DNA of 63,727 nt, the filler included, from Octopus bimaculoides (taxonomy: Eukaryota): the NCBI RefSeq assembly GCF_001194135.2. It is 6 parts of 6 records of this genome, joined end to end, with 100 filler letters (N's around TTAATTAATTAA, not from the genome) between each part and the next. Parts side by side here need not be neighbours in the genome. Positions count along the whole stretch, not along the records: positions 62,392 to 63,727 come from NW_026415300.1; 5 more parts are not named here. One strand, 5' to 3'. Shown here one piece after another: positions 63,552 through 63,727 of this stretch; position 1 is the first letter of the stretch; each line of letters starts with the position of its first letter. A program made the position numbers and the translations under genes. A model generated the notes under the pieces. The model was not told the DNA's origin and searched no databases. It worked only from the letters and a program-made list of their open reading frames with translations.

Positions 63552-63727
63552 GTTGGCAACGAGTACAGTGAAGAATTCTGGGTAGAAGTAGGGGTCCATC
63601 AAGGTTCAGTCCTCAGCCCCCTCCTGTTTATCATAGTCCTCCAAGTAATAACACAGGAATTCAAGACGGGATGCCCTTGGGAGCTCCTCTATGCTAATGA
63701 CCTTGCCCTAATTGCTGAGTCACTATC
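63552..63727 (+). mobile_element. RTE LINE RT fragment (runs off the window)
   Basis: VGNEYSEEFWVEVGVHQGSVLSPLLFIIVLQVITQEFKTGCPWELLYANDLALIAESL; the catalytic YADD reads YAND. Confidence 0.9.

Overview
AT-rich, microsatellite-dense animal genomic DNA. The repeat content (tRNA-headed SINEs, Dong/R4, RTE, Penelope, Tc1/mariner) and the (AAT)n, (AC)n and (AT)n load suggest an octopus; this is inference. The window is not one contiguous locus: five identical 100-bp spacers (44 N + TTAATTAATTAA + 44 N) join six scaffold pieces (1-14012, 14113-23248, 23349-28991, 29092-55850, 55951-62291, 62392-63727). The only securely identified host gene is two in-frame + strand exons (17282-17524, 20471-20710) of a giant LDL-receptor-related protein (LRP1/LRP2-type EGF plus three LDLa repeats). 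Two further candidate host exons lie on the - strand: a PAN/apple-like terminal exon (26747-26934) and an unidentified exon (14113-14276). The rest is mostly decayed transposons. The most notable extras are an apparently intact type I hammerhead ribozyme (about 47245-47320, - strand), a co-oriented pile-up of Dong/R4 LINEs in (AAT)n tracts (1-6500), and inverted Penelope structures. I found no convincing evidence of a wholly new biological system; the findings are leads.
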